Shown: positions 50,801 through 64,000 of the stretch, in pieces
Layout of the letters: every line of letters begins with the position of its first letter
How positions within the stretch are numbered: position 1 is the first letter of the stretch
Notes under the pieces: model-generated
Seen by the model: only the letters and a program-made list of their open reading frames with translations
The model's database searches: none
What the model was told of the DNA's origin: nothing
Program-made: the position numbers and the translations under genes
DNA from: Raillietiella orientalis
Taxonomy: Eukaryota
Assembly (NCBI GenBank): GCA_036172245.1
Contig: JAYWIR010000014.1
Span: 1,116,001 to 1,180,000 of the forward strand
Direction of reading: 5' to 3'
Length of the DNA: 64,000 bases

Positions 50801-53800
50801 ATGTGTGAGAGAAGGGGAAGAAGGAGGGGAGAGGAGAAGGGGAAGGGGGCACTCGCCGGGTCCCATGAGTCAGGGTGCAAATCAGGAGGACAAAGTGGCT
50901 CCACAACAGACAGGGCAGGGGTGAGGGTGGGGAACGTGTGCCTCCTTATCCCTCCCCCGAAAGTTGAGGGAAGGAAGGGCTCCAGCGACAGCAGCAGAGA
51001 GGAGCGAACGAGCCGTTCTGTAGAGCGCAGAACTTCCATTGGGCATGCTGTCCATGCAGGCGGAGAAGAGCGAAGGAGGTCGGAAGAAATGGACCAAAAG
51101 AATAGGGTGTTTAACGTCGCTTGATCGGACATCTGATTTCGGACGGTTCGACCCTTGGTCCAGGTTGCCTCGCCATCGAGGGAGACTGGCATGGGAGCGC
51201 TCTCTCTCGGGGGTCTCCGGAGAAAAGCTACGGCGAGGTGAACGCAATTATGTCCCGGCACGGATGGTTTCCGGAATCGGGAGAGTCCCATGCTGCAAGG
51301 AATAGGGCACTCTCCGCGCTGCCAGGTTTTCGTGCGGTCGGCTGGCGCTCCAGACCGCGGCGCCGATCCGGGAAGCGGTTTGCTGGCCCGCATGTTCTGC
51401 GGAGGTGGCGGCGGTCATTGGGAAATAGAGCGGGCGTCCCGCGACTCGTGGACGCCGTCCCGGAAGTTCCGCGCAATCAGCTCCCGACGGAATCCTTCTC
51501 TTCCTCTCTCCAGCTTCGAGATCACGCGAAATCCCGACCTTTTATGGACCGCTGAATGGCTAATTACCATGGAAACGCACATCCGCCGCCCAAGCACGCC
51601 GCCGAGGCGTTCCGAGAAATCTGCTGCTGGGTCCCATTATCTCGGAGTTCCCAGGAAGGGCGTCCGACTCTCGGCGCCGTTGCCTCCTTTCTTCCGTCGG
51701 CTTGTCCGGAGGCAGGGAGTGCGCCCATCGGAGGGCTCCACTTTCGTTCTCGCGGTAGCGCGGGACTCGTGCATTTCAGGACTAGTCATTCCCCCTTCCC
51801 GATCGGACTTCCATCTCAAAGCCAAAGCGGGGAACCTCTCCTCCTCCGTACCCAGGTGGGCGGGCGAAAGCGGGGATGAAGAAAGCCTTCTCCCACTCTA
51901 CCTCGTGCGTTGGTACGGTAGAAGAGGAGGAGAGAGGGGAACTTCACCGCAGAAGCTTCCTTCCGCCCATTGCTCCCAAAGGAAGGGCAGCGAAGCGTCT
52001 GCTGCTCCGGATCATCGGCCACTGAGAAGCCGGTGCCGCAGCTGGTGCGTTCTTGACCTCGGACGCGTCTTCCCTTTCCTTTAGGCTTCGCGTCTCTTTT
52101 TCCACACGTGTCGGCTGACCTTTCCAGCAACCCGTAAAAGAGAGAATCCGACTCAGGAAGGGGGGAAGGAGGAGTCCAGTGCTCCTTGAAAATGCATTTT
52201 GCCTCCTCCCCCACCGCGTGGTCGATGAAGGGCGGTTTCACCGAGGGCTCCTGCAGGATCCGGCGTCGTTCTGGCGATGACGGCGCCCGATAAGGGCGCT
52301 GCCGTTCAGCCGCAGCTTCTTAATTGAGAGCTCGTTGCGCTCCGCTCGCCTGCAGCAGACTGTCGCGCGGCTCCCTGCCGGATGCGCTCGAGCTCCCCTC
52401 TTCTCGCGGGCGGCTCTTCGTGCGCTCCCGGAAAGACATCCCCTCACTCCCCTCCCCCTCCTCTCATACTCCCGACACGATCACGTAGGGCGCTTTCAGC
52501 CGGAGAGGAATTCTGCTCTTGAGCTCATTTTTCTTCCCGAAAGGAGCGTGCTGTAGACCCGCTTCCCACGTGACAAGAGAAGGGTTCCCCCTTTTAATGG
52601 TTCCCGGACCCCCATTGTGGTGCAGGCGCTTTCTTAAGTGATCGAATCTATCGGATCCCGTCCGCAAAGGCTTGGGGCGGGAAAGCGTGGTCCGCTCTTT
52701 CCCGCGTGAGGGAGGTGACCTCGTCGACCCATCTCCGGGCCGGCCGCGGCATCCCGCGAGCGCATCCGCTCTGGGCCGCGATTTCGCCTGCGACTGCGAT
52801 GTTCTTTCGACTGATTCGTGCCACGAACAAACCCTCTCAGGGTGCCAGTCCCTGCTTGGCGCGCGCGCGCGATGGCGGAGTAGGCAGCCTTTTGAGCCTC
52901 CCATCCTACCCAGAGGAGGACCTTCGCTGCCCCGCTTGCAGCACAACCAGAAGGGGGGGGAGGGCCTGCGCTTTCGCGAGCGGCGCGTAAGCGCTCCTGC
53001 AGCGGCGTCCGGTGCAAAGAGGAAGGGCACTCCACTCCCGCGTGGGGCGGGAGGAGGGGGGGAAGTAGGAGGCTGAGGCTGCAGCGTGAGAACCAAAAGT
53101 GCGAGTGGCAGACTGCACCGCGTGTCGCTGCAGATATCAGCTGCAGGTCGTAGCAAGGCGCCTCCGGACCGCCGCCGCCTCAGGGCACACGAGAGAATTG
53201 GCTCCGGGGCAAGCGCGCGCGAAGACGCCTGCTCTTCGTGGTCTTCCCCCTGTCTCCTCCTCTTCCCTCTCCTCCCCAGCCCAGCACATGAGGGAAGCAT
53301 CATCCTCAGCTTTTTGCGAATTGTTGGTAGCGTGTGAGCCCCGGAAGAGTTTCCGCGGCAACCAGGAAAACTGGAAGTGAGGGAAACTCTTCGAAGGGTT
53401 GTGGAAAGGGATCCTCCCTTCCAGCTCGATAGCTTCCAGCATCGGGAGAACAGAGCGCAGAGCAGGGTGGACTCCAGGATCTACCGCATGTGGTCAGGTG
53501 GATCTCTGGCCTCGCGCATAGGATCCGTGGCTGCGCGCAAGTGATCGGAAGTGCGACGAGGCTTCCGCTCTCTCGGACGGAACTCCTCGGAACCGTCCCT
53601 GTGAGGAAGCAGCAATAGAGACAAGTCTCCCTCCCCAGATCCTTCCTCTGTCTCCTTTGGCACCATCGTTCTTCATGAGCAGTCGAGCGGCACGAGGCAG
53701 GGGTTTCCCATAGCTGTCGCGACGGGAACCTCCGGCAGCTGAGAACAGTAGCTCCAGGTTGCCGCTGGTGCTGAGCTGATGGTGCCACCTCTCGCAGGGT

Positions 53801-55917
53801 CGAAATCGTGGTCCAAGCGAGGCGGGTCTTGGGCACGCTTTCCTGCTGTGTGATGGATCCTTTCTTTCGCATCCTTGGGTATCGTCCGAGTGTCTGGAAG
53901 TCTGATGGGAGGAAAGAGTGGGTGGGAAGCAAAGGGTGCTGGAAGAAGGAGCTCCTGAAATTCATCGCGATTTGGATAGAGAGGAAGAAAACAAAAACCC
54001 TGGGCATTTTTCCTCTCTTGAACAGCAGATCCCAAAGACCACCAGTTTCCGATTCTCAATCCAGAAATTCTGCTCTCTCCTATCCTCCCTGAATCCCCTT
54101 TCTCTTTCCCGGAAAACGTGCTTCGGAAAGTCCCAGGGAGAGGTGTCTCCTGCGAAATGCTTCTGATGGCTTCCGGGGTCTCAGAACTTGGTTCCTCTGC
54201 GCCTGTTTTTTCCCGTGCTGGATGGAAGGAGAGGAGCTTTTGCGCGAGCCTACCTACATTCCTTCGCATGACCTGGAGAGGGGAGAGAAGCAAATGATCG
54301 CGGAGGAGAAGATAGGAGAGAGGGTCGTCTCTTGAGTCGCTGATACTCTATTCCAGATGTAGTTTCGAGGGGGAGATCAAAGGAACTGGAAGGACAAGAA
54401 ACTCGCGATGCGAAAGAAACAGTGCCGTGGGTACCTGTTTTCGAGAGTCAATCCTACTGCTGCATCCTTCCGGGAAGAAAGACTTTCGAAGTGGCAGTCG
54501 CAGTGTTGTTGGTGCCTTCGTATTCTTCTGCTCATGCCAGATGCGGCGCTGTGCTCGAAGAGGTTCTTCCGGCAGGTTTCGGACAGTTCCCTTCTCGGCA
54601 GACCCTCTTCCTTCTGCCTTCAAAAGGACCCCAAACCATCAAGGTGCCTCCTTCTTTCGAAGAGTCTCTCGGGCGCCGCACCTTCATCCAGAAGGCAGAA
54701 CGAAATCGGAGTTTCCTGCCATCCGGGAGCCTTCAAAGGCCTTTCCATGCGTTGGTTGAGGGGTCATTCCCAAGCGAGGTGGACAGAGATGCGCCATCTC
54801 CCCTGGAGGCATGTGCTCTTACTGAGTAGAGATACACTCTTCCGGAGAAAGGCTACTGAAATAGCATGAAAGCCATCAGAAGAAGTCTCCTTCCTGAGAC
54901 ATAGCGATGGGATCATCTCAGATTTCCCTCTACTCCTTGTTTCCCTTTTACTCCTTCTTGGAGTCCGACATGATTGCTCTTGAGATTCATCCTTGCAATG
55001 GCGGCTAATCATCAAGCAAGTTGGGATCGATCGGTGCTTCCACTCGCCAAAGATGCCTTGGCCAAGGTTGCCCTGGTCGCTGTGAAGACTTGGAGGTCCA
55101 GTAGTCCCCAACTTCTCGCCTCGGAAGAACGAATGTTTTTACATGCGGCGGCTAACAGACCGGAGTTCAAAGGGGCTCATCAGGAATAGCCCCGCAAAGT
55201 ATCCGGCTGGAACCCACCATGCCGTTGGTAGGCGAAAGAATTTTGTCTCCCTGGAAGAACGAACCAACATCTTGGGGAATCTTGGAGATGCGGGGAAGCG
55301 GATAGCAGGAAGAAGCCTTGGAATATGAGAAGCAGTTTCTCCTTGGAGTAATCAATCCCAGAGTCGAAGGCTACCACCTCCAAAGATATCCCGAGTTGGT
55401 ATCTCCGTCAGACTTCTCTCCTGAACAAGGGAAGCTTCCTACTCACTGGTCTGTAATGGAGAAGGACAGCAAAGCTGATGGATAGAGGGGTGGTGACACG
55501 CTTGACACGTTGAGTATATCCCCAAATCTCGGGAGGCGGGAACAGAAGCTTGCAAGAAGATAATCTGAAACTTCGGATCTTTCAAAAGTCTGAGGCGCAG
55601 GTAGCAGTTCCGGGTTCCCCCTCCTCGGATCACTCGCTTCATCAGTATTGCAATGTTCATGGTTGCGGAGTTTTCGGGATAACGTTGCTGCTCTAAGCCA
55701 GCACTTTTGGAAACCGGTGCTGCATCTCCAAGCACAGAAGGAACTGCTTCTTGCACCCACTGTTGTTACTGCTTCATCTGGATGCTTACCTAGATAGTGC
55801 ACCTTACATACGTCTCGGCCTACCACGTAAACTGGAACGCACAATCTCTTGTGCGTGAGAGGGATCTAAAAGCTCTCTTATTATTTCAATGTCCTTTGTA
55901 TCCTGCTCACTCCTTCC

Positions 55918-55961
55918 TCGATACTAGCAACAAGCCCCAAGGGGCTTGTTGCTAGTATCGA
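55918..55961. repeat. Perfect inverted repeat, 21-bp arms with 2-nt spacer
   Basis: tcgatactagcaacaagcccc-aa-ggggcttgttgctagtatcga. Confidence 0.93.
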
Positions 55962-58900
55962 TGACTAAGCTCTTCTGCTGAGAAGGAGAAACGTGAAGTG
56001 TGAACAGGGCCGGTGGGTGGACAGAGGGAGAGACTGTTGCGAATATTAAGAGTATAGCCGCTCTCCTTCCTTTGCTGCGCCTCCTCCAGCACAGCTGCCA
56101 ATCTTTCGGAGGGACTGCAAGCATCGAGGAAGAGGATCCGGTCCTCCTTCTGAAGCACCAGGTCTTCTGAAGTTTAAAAAGACTCTCAGGATCGCTTTCT
56201 TGCAGACCACCAATTTCATCAATTACTTGAGGAGCTGCCACCCACGGACGCGTCAAAAATCCTGCTGTTTCCGTCCATATGGGAGACAGTCAATCCTTTT
56301 TTTCGATGATTCGCATCAGTCATTGGTTTTGTCTGCTCTGCCGACGTCGGAGGGTCGAAGGCTACCTGATAATTTTCGCTTCATTTGGAAGAGGAGCCTT
56401 TTATGTTGATTTCCAAACATAAGAGCTGCTTCTGAGGTACTCGTCGCGAAACTGTTCTGAGTTTCCAGAATCCTCCTCTGCTCTTCCGGATCCAGGTCCA
56501 CTTCCAGAAGCACGGAACGAAACACTCAGAGAAGTTTGTATGGCTGGTCCGTCTCCGTGATCACTAGCCAGTTCATTTTTCTGGATCTGGGAAACTCCTG
56601 AGTAAACCGGCCAGCTAGTTTCCTTTATTTCTCCCGAGTTCCTCCAGGAGGCGCACGGCACTTCCAGAAACAAAGGCTCTCCGAGTCGACTTTCCTTTCT
56701 TTGCACAGCGATGCGCGGCAATAGCAGTGCGCTTCGCTGTAGCGACAGCAAGCGTGTCAATTCCTCGACTCATCACCCTCGGACCAACATCTGATCGCTG
56801 CAGCAGCTTCCCGCTGAGCATGTGATGCGATCGGGGGCTTCTCGCTGTCTCGTCTCCGAAACTGCTGTCATCTCTTTTTCCTCTTCGTCACATGGTTTGC
56901 TTGTTTTCTTGTTCATCTTGTAGATTGCCCTTCTGTCAGCAGGGAAAGTCCGTAGAAAATCAAATAAACCTCAGACAATCCTCAGCCTCCCTCGTCCGCC
57001 TCAGTCGTCTCCTGTCTCGTAAAGATGATCTCTCATCCCAAGAAAGCGAGCTTCTCTTCGTCGATACCTGCTGTCGTTTATCTTTCTAGATCAATGAGAG
57101 TGCGGTTCTTTTTGCGAGGCTTGTGTGGTGAGCGGTAGAGATTCTCTGTGGCGTGTGCGGGTTGGTGCGCATCCCAGCCAGACTTTCACGAGAGCCCCAT
57201 TGCACTCCCTTTCGCAGTCACTCCTTCACAGAGACAGTCCCATCCTTCCATAGCAGAGACGCTTCCCGTCAACGATTGAAGGAAGGTGCTCTGGTGACGA
57301 TGCGGTTCTCCTAATTGGATCTCCTAACTGTTGTCATGTGAGCAGCAGCTTCTCTGATTTCCTCCTTTGTAGTAGAGTCTCCTCACTTTGGAGGATGCAG
57401 AGCAGTGGCAGACGAAAGATTCTCATGGGGGATTGGGAGGTGAGGGGCGCCTTTGGAAGGCGTGACTCTACCCTGGACAACATCGCCTCAAACACCCTGA
57501 CGTCATCGCCTCAATGAACGCAGGCATTGCTGCCAAATCTTCGGAAAGGCTCCACAATCTGGCAATTTTTCGGAGATCTTATGAGAGATGAGTCATGGGG
57601 GCTTGCGTAGGAGCTTCGGTGGCTTGCGTAGGAGATCGCTGTCTCAACGGGACGCTCCTCTGACATCGGACAAACCAGCGGTCTTATAAAAATCACTTGG
57701 AGCCATGACGGTTCCTAGGGATTCATACTACTAGGGTAATTTATGGTCAGTCAGAAGGAGGATGCCGTTATTGAACGGTGTATCTCCTCCATCGACAGGA
57801 AGAATGTAAATGCAAGGAGCGTGTTTCCTTGAAAGGAAAAGGTTAACTATTACCATGCCGAGCTCACAGAGCAGGGTGCATCTGCATTGAAACGAGGCGC
57901 ACCCCGACTCGTTTCGCTGACACCGTCGAAGTTCCGGGAAGGTGCTTAGGTCTGAGATTTGCCTCATGTCAGACCCTAAATTCAAAATCAGAAAGCGCGT
58001 TGCGAACACCAGTCAGCCTTCCTGGTGCTGGCGGTTGTGGCTGATGCCTGTACTAGGTCCTTTATGCTCGCAGAGGACGGTGCGCAGCCTACTCAACCAG
58101 ATCTTCTGAGCATGCTTGTCGGCAATAAGAGTTCATCAGAGGTTCAGAATGACTACATTCTTCTGCACCCATGTGTCTTCAACAAATGAAAAACCTACCA
58201 ACTCGAGCAAATTGGCAACACCGTGGAGAGCAAGCAATTCGTATTAGTGTGGTCACTGTGGCCCTCCACTCCCAAGAGGTTGCTTTATTATTGCCTGGAT
58301 GCTGTCATACTATGGATTCATACAATTTTGGTGTTTTTGTAACGAACCGTAGGAGTGCACGGAAAGGGAAACGGGAGATATTCGAGAGGAAGTGGAGGAA
58401 AAAACAAAATGATAACGATCACCTTCGGTCAGTTGCTTGGTTCAGGAAAGGACGGAATTCCAATAATTCAAGTTGAAGGCTCTTTGTGACCTCATCCTGC
58501 CGGGCAAGCTCCCTGGATGAGTGTGCTCGGTCAGAAGAGAAAAGGGAGAATGCCCACGCATGCACATCAGCAAGAAATTTGATTTAATCTTAGATGGCTA
58601 TTTCTATTATCTTAGAAAATGCACATATCACTGAATCCAGAACCACATGATAAATTTTCCGATCAATTCAGGAAGGTTTTCTCATCCACAGCAGGGTCAG
58701 AATTTTTTTCGACAACCAGATATCAGTAGGAAATGCCGATGTTAAGAATCGTGCACAACTGCAAGAGAGCAGACTGCAGAGATGGAGACCCAACTTCCCT
58801 TTGGATTGCTTCCATTCATTGCATGTCCTGCTGATCTGCGCATTTCCACGAACTCCAAGTCCTCTGCTGGTTTGAATTCTCGCCTTCTGACTCTGACTGA

Positions 58901-59812
58901 CTGAACCCTCTTCGGGTCCACAAGCGGAGTTTTCCATCGGCGTAAGACGCATCGAAGTGCACTTCCTGTTCGATCACAGTTCTGCACTGCTGCCCCTGCA
59001 ACTCGTGCACTCGAACTTTCGGCTACATTTGTATCTTTCATCACGTTTGTCCTTCCGGAATTTTTTCCACCGTAACTCGTGATTTTACTCCAGCATTCCA
59101 AACTTTTTTAGCTCGTTGCATCTATTGAGAGAGGCATCATCAAAATACTTAAATTCTGCAGCTTGATATTTCTTGCTGGCTGGCGCCATCAGGATAGAAG
59201 ATCATGTAATTCCACATGCAGACTGTTTGCTGCACACACTGTCCGACTGGATATTGACACGAAGATTCGTTCTCCATACTGCAGAGAAAAAGGCATACGT
59301 TCATTTCGGCATATGATCAGTTATTCACTTTAAATTCGTCGGAGTACTTGACCATCACGTGCCTCAGAGTCGCAGTCACTTCGGAATGTGACTCGGAGCT
59401 TCGATGAAGAGAGAGATCTCGCACCCAGTTCCCTGTTTACAGGCGCTCCGAATCTTGCAGGTACTGAGAAACTCTTCCCTCTGGAAGTTTTCGAAACTTT
59501 AAAGACTGATAGTTCAGTTTCTAGAAGTCGTCATTCCTCATTGAGGTCTCCTCAAACAAAAGTCTTAGCACCTGTGTTTGACAGAGATCAGGTTTCTTGC
59601 AAGAATACCAGCTTTCTCGTATCTTTTAATATAATTGCCCGTTGGCGCAGTTATATTGAGAGATACGAGAAACACGATACGAGGAATGAGTGCTTCGTGG
59701 GTTTCGAGTACTCCTCTCAGGACGAGGCTGGTTGGCCTATAGGCTTGAGGTGCGGCACTGATGGAAGGCCGAAAGTGACCGCTGGCCGCTGACTGGCCGG
59801 GATCAGAATTTG

Positions 59813-59828
59813 CCCCCCCCCCCCCCCC
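59813..59828. repeat. C16 homopolymer
   Basis: Direct count. Other long runs are G13 at 5922-5934, T11+T18 at 26168-26198 and T23 at 62886-62908. Confidence 0.9.
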
Positions 59829-59838
59829 AGGGTACTTT

Positions 59839-59884
59839 CAGGAATCAAGGAGCCGGTTCCCTTCGGGATTTCTCTCTGGTTGTG
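59839..59884 (+). repeat. Repeat D, copy 2
   Basis: 41/46 identical to 10888-10933. Confidence 0.85.
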
Positions 59885-62800
59885 TCGCTATAATTGCCAA
59901 AAGTCCTTTCCATAAGTCGATCAGTCTGGTCACTTTCTTAAATAAGGTGAGCATTCCACACAAGAAAGTGATTCTTGGGATCATTAAGGTTGACTTAGTC
60001 ACAAACCCACTTAATGACTTAGCTATTGTTGACGACGCAGTACTCAAGAGACTCGTATCCGCGAGCAAGGTTCCTAGCTTTCTTACTCGTCTGACTCCCA
60101 CTGAAGTCATGGAAAAGTACATGGCTCAAGCCATATGACATGAGTTCCAAAGACCTTCCTTCCAAGCTGGTCACTCAATTGCATCTGAAGCCGCTCCATA
60201 TGAATTATGCCATCACAACTGGAATCAGGAGACAGGAGAGCACTCGCAGAAAACTGCGGAGTGATCCTGTGTGCATGATGCAGAGCAACCTGAAGAAGGA
60301 AGAGTTGCTCACGCTCACCCATCATCATTGTTCTCACCAGCCTGTTTATTTTAAAAATCCTCACTGACTTGGAGACGAACGTGGGCTGGACGTAGAAACC
60401 TTTCCACGGAAACATCATCTCGGGACCTCAGTGAATTCGCCCACTTTCCCTGGGAGCACCTATAAAAGGCAGACATCCGTTTGCCCATCAGGAATGACGA
60501 ATTCTGAAAAGACTGCACGTTTCCAGTGGACAGAAGCTTCGCTGCAGACTCGTCTGAGATGTTGCCGGACTATCTCTCCAAAAGATTCGACATTGAGATA
60601 AGGAAATTTTCCATGGCTCTTGCCCTCTTCCTCGACCTCGGCCATGGTTGAACAGCGTGGAGCACACACTTAAGGAAAAGCAGTAATGCGCGCAGGGAGG
60701 GGTTGTTTCAAACTGGTGGATTCCTCGTTAAGGAGCCCACATGATCCACACACTCTCATGGGTGGAACATCTGCAGGCGCTCTTGGAGAGCAGACAAACA
60801 TTCCTTGGGTATTTGTGACGCCTCGGATTTTCGAGACAAAGGGACGGGTGCGCTAGGGTCAATCCTGCTGAAACCTTAAGCAAGACAAGGTGCAAGACTT
60901 GGCAAGAAAGACGGCTGAAATATTTTTGCCATTAAATGCTGAAACACAGCCGTATAGCAGTGTTCGTATGACGTGACGAAAACATGACGAAGACCCCCTT
61001 CTGATGTCCTAGTGAATCAGTAAATGGGTAAATTCTGCTTTTGGGGCACAGGTCAGCTCGGCTGTGTTCAACAAGGAAACGAGGCACGTGGTTCGACAGC
61101 ATAAACAAGGACATTAGCGAGGTAATTGATAGTGGCCAAGAGCTAGACGAAGAAGTAGTACAACTAGAAGACAACTCTGTATAGGATTACAACTGGTTCA
61201 AATAGTGGAAATTCTTTCTTCTTCTTCCCCTCCCCCCTTCAATAGAGCGCTGTTTAAATTAGAAGGAAATTAGCAAGACTCATGATACTCCTACATTTTC
61301 AAATCCAAAAAGAGTTGGAAAGTAGCAGCAAGAAATCTCTGACAGAACAAACTCCGTGAATAAGACAAGTCAAGAAGATACGCTTTTTTCAACGAAGAGA
61401 ATGGTGGAGATTACGCTATAGGATTGTTTGAATTAATCAATATCAACAAAACTTCAAAAGTCTTTCTTTATTTTCAGTTAAATCAGAATTTAACACCACT
61501 AATCTTTTTCTTCTTTCTTTAAAGTAAAATAATAAATGTCCTACTATTATAACATTTGAGATCTATTTGTATCTTTTATATATTGCGTTCTCTTGTACAC
61601 CCACAGGACTCGTATAACTCGGATTCGTATAACGCGTAATTCATGTCCCCGTTATACCAGTGTTTGTACTAGTAATGAGTTAGTTTATCAGTAATTCTGA
61701 CGTTGATTATTAAGGACAATAATAACGAGGTAATTGGGATATTACTAATTGCTTTTTGGAATAACATAAATACTGGCAAGCTCCATCAAAAGAGACCGTG
61801 TTTTTCGGGGGCCGATAAGTAGGTCACCGCCATCGCATCGTTGGCAGAGAAAAGAGTACTCTGGGCTTCGTGCTTCTGCGACATTCTTTCAAGAAAAGGC
61901 GAATCAAAGCGGTATCGCTTTTCTAACCATGGCAAATCCTTACGAAATTCCTTCTTGAGAAGGAAATTAAGGGATATTTTTCTCAGCTGCATACATGTCT
62001 TCTACTAAAATCTTTCCAGGCAAGTCTCAAGAACTCTTTGAATGATGACTTGAAACGCGAAATTACTCACCGAAATTGGAGTTTCAAGAGCTTCTCTCAC
62101 GATTTTCAAGCACCTTAGTACGTTTTCTAGTCGTATTTCTTCAGAAATTTTTTTTTCCTTCGGAATGCGACTAGGAAACGTACTGACGTCATACTGACGT
62201 ACTGATGACGGATTTGTTTCTTCAGGCCAACCAGAGGAAACAAATCTTTAGGTCGTGCAGGAACATGCTGTTGTTTTGGAAAACTACACCTTTCCAGAAT
62301 GTATGGTTCTCGCCTTTTCGGAAGGTCTTCCCGGAAGAAACAAAGAAATAGACAAAGCCTAGGAAGAGCCAGAAGCAGTGATACAAGTAGGAGGAGGACC
62401 ATGGCAAAGATTTCGAATCACCTTTCTAAAACTCGACCGAGGTTCTCACCAAAAGATGCTCCCTCCTTGAGGTTAGTTATCACTTATAGCTCTAGAGAAA
62501 GGGTAGTTGTTTCAGAGCTCTCCATTAAAGCCACAACACAGGGAGTCGAATTGCGAGACCATGATGTGCTCCTATGCTACTGCGATTTCACATTCCATCC
62601 TGCTGAATGGGAGGCATCATGAAAAAAGCATCAGAATCATGGATTCGTGTACTCCGTTGAAGAGATGGCTCTTTTCCCATTTTCCTTGCTTCCCGGATCG
62701 ACTACATCTTCATGAGGCCAGTGTTCAATTCAGAAACGCGTATCTGCGTTCATGCGGCTTCCAGAGAGCGCCATCAGAAGCCTCGTCGACAGGAGTTCCT

Positions 62801-64000
62801 GATGCGAGGTTTGACCACACAGTCACAAGAACATCTATAACGTTCATTTGCTGTCATACCATTTTGTCAAAATTCTCTCTCTCTGTTTTTTTTTTTTTTT
62901 TTTTTTTTACACACTTCCAACAGATGTCCGCAAGCAAGCACCGATGGACCTCCCTCAGGACTCTGCAGAGCCAGTGAAATGCCATCACTTTATTCTGTGC
63001 ATCTTTTTATCCTTCATTTCGTTGATTCCTTTTTGTCTTCTATATCGTTTATCGGATAAGAAAACTGTGGGCCAGCCACGACTCTGCGTCCGTTGCTTTC
63101 GTTTTAAAAGCACTTTTTGGAGCACCACTTGAGATCACTTTGTGCAAGAAGGACCAAAGAATAAAGCACGGGTCGAAAGTTCTTCGATCGCGGAGCGATC
63201 CGCTTTGCCCATTGCAAGACTGCACTGGATGCTGAAAGACATTAAGAGGAGAATGTAAGCGTGTAGATTTTTCTTCGAAGCTCACTGAGCAGCCATTTGT
63301 GCCCCATTCTTCTTTCAAGATAGAGTTTCTTGTCCTGGTCCTCAGGAATCAACTAATCTACGCGCTGCTCTTCTGGTATTCTCTGGATGCTCTCCGTCTT
63401 TCTTCCTCTTTGTCGTAACTTTGGTGCCGGATTCTAGACATATTAGCTGACAGCTGCTTCACTGAACATCGAAGACGATTTTGAATGCCAGCATGAGGCT
63501 GCGTGCCGTACCATCAGTGTTTTGTTGAAATCCAAGTATTATGGTATGGAAAAGCTCCAAAGCGGATGAGAAAGGCAGCTAAAGTTTTTCCTTTTCGAAG
63601 GTCCACTGTCTAGAAGGAAGGATGAGAGTGAGAAAAGAGAAAATGAGGTGAGGATTAAATCCGTAGTAAATCACCAAAGCTGCGCCTCCTCAGTTACAAA
63701 CGACTATGAGAAACAAGCGGAGCGGTTCAACTATCTGCACTATTTAAAGTGAGGGATAGCTTTAAGGACAATTTCCTTTTTTACATCCCCTGCATCTCTC
63801 AACTTCGTTCTCATGAAAACAAAAAAATTCCATTCGTGATGCATGCTTCTCTGAGAAAGAGAATTTATTAAGGATGATGAATCTCTAAACAACGGTATAA
63901 AGGGATCGCAGGTTCCCATCTTGTAATTCTCCCTTTCAGGTATTCATAAAGAGGTCCCTAGATTCTTCATCGTTTATTCATTAGGACTTTTCTAAGCTGC

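Noticed and set aside
50146..51393. Longest ORF (415 aa, minus strand)
   Set aside because: Arg/Pro/Ser/Leu-rich with no recognisable domain. It lies in GC-rich DNA where overlapping ORFs are open in several frames and it crosses pyrimidine tracts, so it is probably spurious.
57600..57634. Short direct duplications (ggcttgcgtaggag x2; similar ones at 61606-61633 and 62181-62205) as CRISPR or iteron arrays
   Set aside because: Only two copies with spacers under 10 bp; ordinary slippage duplications.

Overview
This window does not look prokaryotic. I see no operons, tRNAs, CRISPR array or transposase, and none of the several hundred short overlapping ORFs resembles a protein family convincingly. 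It reads as gene-poor eukaryote-style DNA with GC-rich islands, homopolymer runs and intron-like pyrimidine-AG tracts. Three things are well supported. (1) A strongly degenerated fragment of a eukaryotic cytosolic LSU (25S/28S) rRNA gene lies at about 30.7-31.4 kb. (2) There is a repeat network: an apparently identical 1,233-bp inverted pair (9428-10660 / 20503-21735) around a 9.8-kb interval, a third partial direct copy (17960-18572), a second ~760-bp inverted pair (19309-20070 / 47059-47823) and several shorter diverged echoes. (3) Simple-sequence structure includes a ~0.9-kb alternating purine-pyrimidine tract and a perfect 21-bp hairpin. I could not support a novel protein-coding system. 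Several repeat copies fade from exact identity into diverged similarity. That pattern fits gene conversion in decayed DNA, but it also fits an assembly artefact or artificially generated sequence, so provenance should be checked first. All comparisons were made by eye, and the rRNA reference sequences were recalled from memory.
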